Of a DNA stretch of 17,077 bases, positions 7,912 to 14,576 are shown piece after piece. How positions within the stretch are numbered: the first letter of the stretch is position 1; the number at the start of each line of letters is the position of its first letter. Below the pieces are notes generated by a model that had not been told where the DNA came from, did no database searches, and saw only the letters and a list, made by a program, of their open reading frames with translations. The DNA lies in IMG/VR virus record IMGVR_UViG_3300042868_014220. One strand, 5' to 3'. The position numbers were made by a program, and so were the translations under genes. Origin of the DNA: a virus. Lineage: Duplodnaviria; Heunggongvirae; Uroviricota; Caudoviricetes.

Positions 7912-8964
7912 AATCGAACGAAGTGAGTTCGGGTTCGGCGGTACACGAACATCCCCAAGATATTCTTCAACCAAATATTCAAACTCAGGAAGAATCTTAT
8001 TACTTTTATTTTGATTATCTTTACGCCACAACGGTTGTAGATTTGTGTAATGATTTAATTTAAAAATATCCTCTTCGGTGTTAGCCAAAGATAAGGGAAC
8101 CTTATGGTCCAATTCCCACAACCCCTTATTCTCCCAAGACATCCCATTCACAAATTGATTTTCAATATGACGATAAAACCCTTCATAATCAATCCCCAAT
8201 ATTTTATTTGTATGTGACTTTTTTGAATATCCTTTGTTAGTAAAGGATAAAAGTATAAGTCTTCTAATATTATGTTTTAATTTATATTTGGGGTCTTTTG
8301 ATAATCTCCTCTTAACATTATCATATTTGTGAATTTTAACTTTTTCAGGATTCTCAATTCTCCATCTTCTAACTCCACCATAATATTTATCAGGATTACT
8401 CTGTTGCCACTCTTTCATATAATTAGGATTGACAATCCTATATTGTTTCATATATTTTTTTCTTGGTTCTGAGTTTTCTTTATTATATGACTTTTTATCA
8501 CCAACGTGACATTCTATACAATCATTACGTCTCCCATCATTGGAATCCTTACGAACATAAAAATCATTTGCAGGTTTTTCTTTCCCACATTTAATACAGA
8601 CTTTGGTAATCAAATCTTTCACAGGGTCTTTTCTCAATGATACATATAATTTAACTCCCTCATGTTTTAATACCTCAGAAATATAAGTGTCCCCTTTTTT
8701 GAAGAATCTTGCAGTATCCTTTAAACTTTTGGTTGTATAGTATTTATCCACAATCATTTGATTAGTTATCTCAGGTTTACCAACCCCCTGTCTATAACAC
8801 CCACAAGATTTTGATTTACCCTTAACAATACCTCGTAATATGTTTTTCTTAATTGTTCCACATAAACATTTACATAAGACATACTGTTCTTTGTTTTTTT
8901 CTCTTGGAATATATTCCAATATTTCCCAATTGTAATATTTTTCACCAATAAGGTTTTTATCCAT
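7909..8964 (-). CDS. Multi-domain HNH (homing-type) endonuclease
   Basis: N-terminal CKCLCG...KSCGC Zn module, CIKCG...CIEC Zn module, and C-terminal WELDHKVPLS...LNHYTNLQPLWRKDNQNK HNH motif. Start revised to MDKNL (ATG 8964), 4 nt after TATCTTTG. Confidence 0.85.
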   Translation of the reverse strand: MDKNLIGEKYYNWEILEYIPREKNKEQYVLCKCLCGTIKKNILRGIVKGKSKSCGCYRQGVGKPEITNQMIVDKYYTTKSLKDTARFFKKGDTYISEVLKHEGVKLYVSLRKDPVKDLITKVCIKCGKEKPANDFYVRKDSNDGRRNDCIECHVGDKKSYNKENSEPRKKYMKQYRIVNPNYMKEWQQSNPDKYYGGVRRWRIENPEKVKIHKYDNVKRRLSKDPKYKLKHNIRRLILLSFTNKGYSKKSHTNKILGIDYEGFYRHIENQFVNGMSWENKGLWELDHKVPLSLANTEEDIFKLNHYTNLQPLWRKDNQNKSNKILPEFEYLVEEYLGDVRVPPNPNSLRSI

Positions 8965-8968
8965 CCCA

Positions 8969-9000
8969 CAAAGATATGGAATTATCAAAATTTTTCCAAA
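8969..9000 (-). promoter_or_regulatory. Bacteroidota primary-sigma promoter
   Basis: TTTG (9000-8997), N20, TATCTTTG (8976-8969). Confidence 0.8.
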
Positions 9001-9055
9001 AATTTTTTTTGAAGAATTGGAACCTAATTGAAACAGGGGGTCAATGTTTGGAAAT
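8987..9055. repeat. Intergenic repeat B, copy 1
   Basis: AAAATTTTTCCAAAAATTTTTTTTG...TAATTGAAACAGGGGGTCAATGTTTGGAAAT. Confidence 0.85.
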
Positions 9056-9057
9056 GA

Positions 9058-9354
9058 CTACCCCAAACCTCTAATATTCAAACTTGGGAATTTCTTACCT
9101 AAGTACTCAATCATTAACTGATATGAATGTTCCCCAAACATTCCATATAATAAATCCTCCATTGAATCGTTTGAATAATAGAATTGGTTGGCAACAACGG
9201 TTCCAAATATTTCCCCTCTACCATCCCTAATGTAGTTATAATGAATTCCACCCATTCTCTCATTATCCTTTTCATCGTAACTTAAATCGTGTACCGAATC
9301 CATATAAGAATCAAAGATTTCTATTAGTCGGTTTTCATTTATGATGTATTTCAT
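9058..9354 (-). CDS. Hypothetical protein, MKYIINE-leader ~100-aa family
   Basis: Start revised to ATG 9354; the upstream sequence TACCTTTGTATTTATATCATATG contains both promoter motifs. Confidence 0.85.
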   Translation of the reverse strand: MKYIINENRLIEIFDSYMDSVHDLSYDEKDNERMGGIHYNYIRDGRGEIFGTVVANQFYYSNDSMEDLLYGMFGEHSYQLMIEYLGKKFPSLNIRGLG

Positions 9355-9359
9355 ATGAT

Positions 9360-9398
9360 ATAAATACAAAGGTAGACATTTCCCCAAAATTTTCCAAA
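9360..9398 (-). promoter_or_regulatory. Tandem host-type promoter and TATTTAT motif
   Basis: TTTG (9398-9395), N20, TACCTTTG (9374-9367), immediately followed by TATTTAT (9366-9360). Confidence 0.75.
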
Positions 9399-9453
9399 AA
9401 TTCTTTTTTGACTTTTAGGGGTTAATTGAAACAGGGGGTCATGTTTTGGAAAT
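9386..9453. repeat. Intergenic repeat B, copy 2
   Basis: AAAATTTTCCAAAAATTCTTTTTTG...TAATTGAAACAGGGGGTCATGTTTTGGAAAT. Confidence 0.85.
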
Positions 9454-9479
9454 AAAAAACCCCTCGTTGAAGGAGGGGT
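9454..9479 (-). terminator. Intrinsic terminator
   Basis: ACCCCTC-N7-GAGGGGT stem with an A-tract on the left. Confidence 0.8.
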
Positions 9480-9482
9480 CTA

Positions 9483-9794
9483 TTAAATATGATTATATCC
9501 ATGTTTTGATTTAAATGACCAATCGTCATTATCAGGAGTTTTAAACCAAGAGACAATCTTGGTGGTCCTTTCATTCTTCTCCCCAATCCCAGTCATTTTA
9601 AAGATATTTTTAAGTTCAGTGTCTATCTCCATTTGAATGTCAGCATCAAGAGAAACATCCGAAATAAATCTGATTTCATATATCCTACCATTAACGAAAG
9701 GATAAGAGTCAACATTATCTAATGTTAAAAAAGAATATCTCGGTAAGATAATCTTGTTAATAACTGTCTCTAAAATTTCATAAGGTGATTTCAT
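9483..9794 (-). CDS. Hypothetical protein (start probably MKSPYEILE)
   Basis: TATTTAT at 9799-9805 overlaps the first ATG, favouring ATG 9794; terminator downstream. Confidence 0.8.
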   Translation of the reverse strand: MKSPYEILETVINKIILPRYSFLTLDNVDSYPFVNGRIYEIRFISDVSLDADIQMEIDTELKNIFKMTGIGEKNERTTKIVSWFKTPDNDDWSFKSKHGYNHI

Positions 9795-10071
9795 AATCAT
9801 AAATACTCATACCCCCGACCAAAAAGGGATAATTTTTTCCCAAAATTTTTATTTGCGTAGTAGAGGGGATTATCCCCCCTAATCTGACATTCTGACATAT
9901 AGTAAGGGGGGATACGGGGGGAGGGGGGGTGTATACCCCATGCCAAAGGGGAGGGGGAGGTAAGGATGTTAATAACTATTGTTATCCACAAGTTATACCC
10001 CCCTCCTATGTGGACAAGTATGTCCCACGAAGTATGAGATGTTTACAACACCTCCAAGGTGTGTGAATAAC

Positions 10072-10518
10072 TTAATTAGGTAATGTCATCTCGTCATTCC
10101 CATTAAGAATGGGTGGAAGATATTTCGGGTAGGTAATGAATGTACCAATCTCAAGTTGCTTATGAAGCTTTAGTTCATTAGGAAGAGCGGGGGACTTGTG
10201 TATACCATTCATCAGTGTCCCCATATCTTTATTAATCTTATCTACCGACTCACGGTTATTAAAGAATGTGTTAAGGTATGGAGCCCAATAGTCTTCCCCT
10301 CTCTGTAGTGAACGGGTTACAATGGACCACACGGGAATACCGTACATATGACCAAGTATGTATGGGTCAATAACAAGTTCAAGGTATAAGGCATACTTCC
10401 ATCTATTGATATCATCGTCATCTCTTGCATATACATTCTTAACGAATGGGAACTCTTTCATCAGGGCTTTCTTTGTTACCTTGTATTCATAATTGTCTTC
10501 TAACTCTTCTTTGGTCAT
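10072..10518 (-). CDS. Hypothetical protein (148 aa)
   Basis: Clean ORF with TATTTAT at 10523-10529. Confidence 0.85.
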   Translation of the reverse strand: MTKEELEDNYEYKVTKKALMKEFPFVKNVYARDDDDINRWKYALYLELVIDPYILGHMYGIPVWSIVTRSLQRGEDYWAPYLNTFFNNRESVDKINKDMGTLMNGIHKSPALPNELKLHKQLEIGTFITYPKYLPPILNGNDEMTLPN

Positions 10519-10541
10519 AACAATAAATATATGATATTATG

Positions 10542-10573
10542 TTTGGGGGTTTGAAATATTATCCGTACCTTTG
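10542..10573 (+). promoter_or_regulatory. Bacteroidota primary-sigma promoter with no ORF behind it
   Basis: TTTG (10542-10545), N20, TACCTTTG (10566-10573). Confidence 0.75.
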
Positions 10574-10580
10574 TATTGTT

Positions 10581-10685
10581 GTTTTAGTGGCGGGGTCATT
10601 AGCAAAGGGTTCAATTTTTATTGCAGAGGGTATACTCCAACCTGCTTTATATTTTATATAAAGTTATTCCCCACCCATTAGAAAC
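10581..10685 (+). ncRNA. Candidate structured non-coding RNA
   Basis: Starts at the expected TSS of the promoter; ends pair (GTTTTAGTGGCGGGG with CCCCACCCATTAGAAAC); internal hairpins GCAG..CTGC and CTTTATAT-TTT-ATATAAAG. Confidence 0.4.
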
Positions 10686-10689
10686 AAAA

Positions 10690-10828
10690 AACCCCACACT
10701 TTAATGAATAAAAAATTCCGTGTAGGTAACGATTGGTTAATAAGTATTTGAAGGTCGGTACCAAACTTTACGTCCATTAAGGTCCTGAGTGGTGAATCCC
10801 CTACTGAGGGGGAATACTAACGTTCTAC
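10690..10828 (-). ncRNA. Candidate structured non-coding RNA
   Basis: TATTTAT at 10830-10836 with no nearby ATG; nested pairings GTAG/CTAC, AACG/CGTT, AGTATT/AATACT enclose a CCCCT-CAGT-AGGGG hairpin; ends in GTGTGGGG-TTTTT. Confidence 0.4.
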
Positions 10829-10881
10829 AATAAATATAATGTATATGTTGAAAATCTAAATACTTGTTATATATTTGTAGT

Positions 10882-11016
10882 ATGAAAAAATTAATTAAAG
10901 CCGTTGTTATTGGTTATGCTGTATTATGGATTGCAGATTCAGTTAAGAGTGCATTTAAAGACAATGAGATTAACTCGTTGGATGATATTAAGAAATTCCT
11001 TAAGGATAAGTTATAA
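10882..11016 (+). CDS. Small protein with hydrophobic N-terminal segment (44 aa, MKKLIKAVVIGYAVLWIADSVK...)
   Basis: Manual translation; TATATTTG at 10870-10877 lies 4 nt upstream. Confidence 0.65.
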   Translation: MKKLIKAVVIGYAVLWIADSVKSAFKDNEINSLDDIKKFLKDKL

Positions 11017-11265
11017 TTAATATCCCCGTTCCTTAATAAGGTCCTGACACGTCTTGATAATCTCTCTTGGGGTGGGGACTTCCCCTGCCATATCATATAA
11101 CCCTTCTATCTTTGCATCCACACATCCCCAAGCATCCATACTAATAGGTTTGTTCTGAAAGGAGTTCTTTGCTTTCTCGAAATACAATATCACAACCTCT
11201 TTATCTTTGTGGGTAACTATTATTCTTAGTCTCCCCACCTCTATCTCACTTAATTCATATGTCAT
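11017..11265 (-). CDS. Hypothetical protein (82 aa; start probably MTYELSEIE)
   Basis: The 3' part reads as protein-like; the ORF-track extension to 11361 runs through DnaA-box/TGACA elements. Confidence 0.65.
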   Translation of the reverse strand: MTYELSEIEVGRLRIIVTHKDKEVVILYFEKAKNSFQNKPISMDAWGCVDAKIEGLYDMAGEVPTPREIIKTCQDLIKERGY

Positions 11266-11558
11266 ATGTGGATAAGATAAGTTGGAACATATAAAAATAA
11301 ACATATCCACACATAAGTTATCCACCTGACACACTGACAGTTGTGTCTCCACGTGACCCAAAGGGGAAATGTGGAGGGGAAAATTATCTTAATTGTGGAT
11401 AAGTTTGGGGGTAATTTATTTGGAATTGTCATAATGTCAGGGGACTGACACAATGGGGATAATCCCCTCGCCTACTATTACCCACTCCATCTTACTACAT
11501 TATCCCCCACTTTCCACCACCGATATGGTTATGTAGATGGTGTAGTAACCACTTTTTT

Positions 11559-11590
11559 CCCCCTGACAGTATCAGGAGAGGGGTTTTTTT
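11559..11590 (+). terminator. Probable intrinsic terminator without an obvious upstream gene
   Basis: CCTGA-CAGTA-TCAGG inner stem, CCCC/GGGG outer stem, then T7. Confidence 0.5.
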
Positions 11591-12030
11591 ACTATACGTA
11601 TTTTCCAGCTAAAAAAGGAAGACTAAGTTCAGGACGCGGGGAAACGACTGTAAGGAGTGTTATAGTGGTATTTTATACCCCTTCAACGAAGAATCGGTAG
11701 GTTATTTAGACCCCAACGAGGTGACAATGTAACGTCCCTTCATAGAAAGACAAGGCGAAGTGTGAGTGAAACGAACACATGGTGGAGTAAAGTGGATTAT
11801 ATCTAATTACATATAGTTTGGACCCGTAGGGTTGTTTTATATGTAAACACGTATAATCCATAATATATCGTGTCATATAACGATATTTCATTTATATGGT
11901 ACATTTATACGATATCATAAGGTTATCTACCATTCATACCATATTTCTCATTTATCGTGTAATTAAACGATTACTAATCACATCTCATTCTGTGTTGTTG
12001 TAGGATGGGGACCTGATAACTAAAGGCGGG

Positions 12031-12047
12031 GATTAAAGGATGGGGTT
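12031..12047. repeat. Inverted repeat, left copy
   Basis: GATTAAAGGATGGGGTT. Confidence 0.75.
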
Positions 12048-12102
12048 ATGAATGAAGTGTGGGAACACAAAGTGTTCCGCTTTCCACACGGAATGAGTAA
12101 CC

Positions 12103-12633
12103 TTATTCTTTAATTCTGAATAGTACGGTTAATCTATCATAACCACCCCATCCTTTAACAATCTCTATCTTATATTCTAACTTATGTTGTGCAATGAAAC
12201 CATCTAAACAACGTATACCTAAATTATTTGATATACTCTCTAATACTTTATCTAAGATGTCTTTACGTTGATTGTAGAAGTCTTTAACAAACTGATTGTA
12301 TTGTGTTTTATCTATACACTCTTTTCCTGAGTCTGTAGCTACTTTAAAGAATGGTTCTGAGTATAGAGTCCATGTATGTAATTTACTTGTCTCATATCTC
12401 TTTACTTCGAATGTGAGAGCATCATTGTTGTGGTAGACAAAATCGTATTTGGATAGTATGGATTCTTCACTAAGGTTAAACTTGGTAACATCATAGTTAA
12501 CATTCTTAATCTTGTCGAATACATTTTTACCAGGGACATCCCATACCATCTTTGGTTTTCTTTCCCTTCTAACCCATAGTTTGTTTTCTATGTCCTTTTC
12601 GAATTGTGTCCCCGTGACTGCTCTTGTTTGCAT
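12103..12633 (-). CDS. Putative PD-(D/E)XK-superfamily endonuclease
   Basis: TGTQFEKDI (helix Glu), KYDFV (Asp) and TFEVKR (E-x-K) in the expected order. Start revised to MQTRAV behind TATCTTTG (12643-12650). Confidence 0.6.
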   Translation of the reverse strand: MQTRAVTGTQFEKDIENKLWVRRERKPKMVWDVPGKNVFDKIKNVNYDVTKFNLSEESILSKYDFVYHNNDALTFEVKRYETSKLHTWTLYSEPFFKVATDSGKECIDKTQYNQFVKDFYNQRKDILDKVLESISNNLGIRCLDGFIAQHKLEYKIEIVKGWGGYDRLTVLFRIKE

Positions 12634-12671
12634 TGTATGGGTCAAAGATAATTAATTGTTTTTATATTAAC

Positions 12672-12689
12672 AACCCCCATCCTTTAATC
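12672..12689. repeat. Inverted repeat, right copy
   Basis: AACCCCCATCCTTTAATC; its reverse complement equals the left copy plus one G. Confidence 0.75.
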
Positions 12690-12690
12690 A

Positions 12691-12722
12691 TTTGGTAGTG
12701 TGTAATAAATGTAATACCTTTG
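12691..12722 (+). promoter_or_regulatory. Bacteroidota primary-sigma promoter
   Basis: TTTG (12691-12694), N20, TACCTTTG (12715-12722). Confidence 0.8.
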
Positions 12723-12727
12723 TTGTA

Positions 12728-13012
12728 ATGGAGAAACTTATATTTAAATACCTAAATTGTATGTACCCTAAAACTTATCGTAAATTGACTAAGTTTGGGT
12801 ATGAACTATGTGGGTATAATGAAACCAATACAGATTGGATTTATGTTAGAGGTAATATGATTAAATCCATCATGGCTTTATTCTGTTGTAATTGGATTAC
12901 CGCTGATGATATGATAAATAAATGGATTGATACTCTTTGGGTTCTTGATGATTCTATATTAACTACAACAGAACGTATTATAATCTCTAAACGTTATAAT
13001 ATTGATTGTTAG
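12728..13012 (+). CDS. Hypothetical protein, ~100-aa family (leaderless, MEKLIFKYLN)
   Basis: ATG 5 nt after the -7 element; LIFKYLN and MINKWI family motifs. Confidence 0.8.
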   Translation: MEKLIFKYLNCMYPKTYRKLTKFGYELCGYNETNTDWIYVRGNMIKSIMALFCCNWITADDMINKWIDTLWVLDDSILTTTERIIISKRYNIDC

Positions 13013-13077
13013 AATCTCTCTGTATTCGGCAACTGATTATCCCCTACCCCTTCTATAATCACTTATATTTATATCAT

Positions 13078-13383
13078 ATGAATTACGCAATACCTAATGA
13101 ACGATTAAATAACCTTATGAGTGATTACCTTAATGATTTTATGGATGGTTGTAATGTATCTAAGTTTGATAGTTTTATTGCATTATCTAAAAAGAATCAC
13201 GACGATTTTGAATATACCGAAGTCCTTATGGAATATGATTATTCTGATAGTAGATTATGGATGGATACAAATACCGTTAATAATTTTATTACTTGGTTCC
13301 CCATCTCTCGTCCCGAAGCCAAAAAGTTTATTAAAGATTGGTTTGAGAATACTTTTAATGTAAAAATATCTTACGTATCTTAA
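13078..13383 (+). CDS. Hypothetical protein, ~100-aa family (MNYAIPNERL leader variant)
   Basis: TATTTATATCATATG upstream (identical to the 9354 gene); LW...FITWFPISRPEAKKFIKDWFENTFNVKISYV. Confidence 0.9.
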   Translation: MNYAIPNERLNNLMSDYLNDFMDGCNVSKFDSFIALSKKNHDDFEYTEVLMEYDYSDSRLWMDTNTVNNFITWFPISRPEAKKFIKDWFENTFNVKISYVS

Positions 13384-13398
13384 TATCTAATAAACATA

Positions 13399-13809
13399 TT
13401 ATTTCATCATATGTTTGAATACCTTCTTGATATCCTTGGGTAATTTACTGATTGGTATTTCTTTTCCCTTGATAGTCTTTAATCCTTTTCTAACAGCCTT
13501 TTGTGCTCTGTGGTGTCCGTCTACTATAGATATGAATTTTCCATCATCATCCACAAATATTAGTATAGGGTATTTTAACTCGGCCTTATCTATTTTCTTA
13601 ACCTCATCTTCATCATCATCCCAAGTTAATAGATGTGGTTTTAATTCTTCTACAGATATTTTTTCCACAGGAATATCTTCGGTGGCATTTAATAAATCCA
13701 TAAGGGTTATTTTATCACCCTCTTCATTTTCCCAAGATGTGTCGTGTAATCCTTCATTGATTATCCCCATCATCTGTTTAATCCTTTGTATGTTCTCTTG
13801 TAAGTTCAT
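13399..13809 (-). CDS. ParB/Sulfiredoxin-like domain protein with MNLQENIQRIKQMMG leader
   Basis: LKYPILIF...IVDGHHRAQKA is the ParB/Srx PI...DGHHR signature; TATTTAT at 13815-13821. Confidence 0.8.
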   Translation of the reverse strand: MNLQENIQRIKQMMGIINEGLHDTSWENEEGDKITLMDLLNATEDIPVEKISVEELKPHLLTWDDDEDEVKKIDKAELKYPILIFVDDDGKFISIVDGHHRAQKAVRKGLKTIKGKEIPISKLPKDIKKVFKHMMK

Positions 13810-13861
13810 TGTTAATAAATACCTGTAGACAATAAAAAAGGGTTGTATATTTATTCATTAT

Positions 13862-14302
13862 ATGAAAGTAATCATTACAGAATCCAAGTTAACCAATATT
13901 ATTTATAAATTCCTTGAATTGTCCTATGATGGGTTTGATAATTGTTGGATTGATTGGGGTAACTATGGTTGTAACTTGGGTATATGTTGTGACCCTTATT
14001 CTATTATATTTGTTCCCCCTAAAGAAAAATCATTTGATGACTTTATATTTAAGTTGGCTGATTCCCGTAACTATAATGAGTATGGTGATAACTATCCTTC
14101 TGAATGGATGCATGAAACGCCAGATACTTGTAGTGAACACCCCGACGTTAAGGACCCAAATTTTGATACTATCATATTGTCCGAAGGTATGTATGATAAA
14201 TTAAAGAGTTTCTTTGGTACAACAACTATGTTGAAGGAGCCTCTATTAAACATTATAAACGAAGTGTTCGGTTTGAATGCAACTCACATTACATCAGAGT
14301 AA
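13862..14302 (+). CDS. Hypothetical protein, MKVIITE-leader family with Cys-rich insertion
   Basis: MKVIITESKLTNIIYKFLE; TATTTAT at 13848-13854. Confidence 0.9.
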   Translation: MKVIITESKLTNIIYKFLELSYDGFDNCWIDWGNYGCNLGICCDPYSIIFVPPKEKSFDDFIFKLADSRNYNEYGDNYPSEWMHETPDTCSEHPDVKDPNFDTIILSEGMYDKLKSFFGTTTMLKEPLLNIINEVFGLNATHITSE

Positions 14303-14308
14303 ACTATT

Positions 14309-14569
14309 ATGACTAACAACGATACCCTTAAAAGAATTATCCTTAGAATGCTTAATGAGGAATACCCCATGATTACCGATGTTAAGGTTGTATCTTATGA
14401 TAATGAAGGGAAATACTATTATACCATCTTCTTGGGAATGAAATTTAAAGACTTTAATGATTTGGATACAACGGAACTTAAACAAAAGGTTAGAAGAGTA
14501 TTTAACTATGTCTATCCTCACGATACATTACAAGCAACTAATTTCTTTAACCCTGAGCCAGGGTATTAA
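14309..14569 (+). CDS. Hypothetical protein (86 aa)
   Basis: Starts 6 nt after the upstream stop; loosely similar to 9483..9794. Confidence 0.8.
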   Translation: MTNNDTLKRIILRMLNEEYPMITDVKVVSYDNEGKYYYTIFLGMKFKDFNDLDTTELKQKVRRVFNYVYPHDTLQATNFFNPEPGY

Positions 14570-14576
14570 TTCTTTT

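Larger units (their letters stand above)
9855..11481. other. Candidate replication-origin / control region (DnaA boxes, inverted composite elements, G-tracts)
   Basis: Exact TTATNCACA boxes at 9982-9990, 10062-10070, 11267-11275 and 11394-11402; one-mismatch boxes at 10009-10017, 11303-11311 and 11318-11326; matching inverted elements at 9858-9897 and 11427-11477. Confidence 0.45.

Noticed and set aside
8744-8752. Exact DnaA box TTATCCACA
   Set aside because: Isolated and inside the HNH coding sequence (IVDK codons); likely chance.
1838-8969. ORF-track entries 1838..2029, 2141..2332, 2342..2533, 4726..4971, 5537..5848, 6030..6314, 7313..7723 and 8766..8969
   Set aside because: They overlap better-supported genes in another frame or strand, lack promoter motifs and have atypical composition.
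11202-11209. TATCTTTG on the plus strand as a promoter
   Set aside because: Lies within the 11017..11265 CDS and has no TTTG at the -33 position.
9797-11891. ORF-track entries 9797..9991, 10914..11096, 11262..11453 and 11706..11891
   Set aside because: They translate G/C tracts, DnaA boxes or antisense of real genes; no start context or family resemblance.
12031-12689. Calling the inverted-repeat module a classical IS element
   Set aside because: No DDE, HUH or recombinase motifs in the enclosed ORF and no target-site duplication; kept only as a finding.
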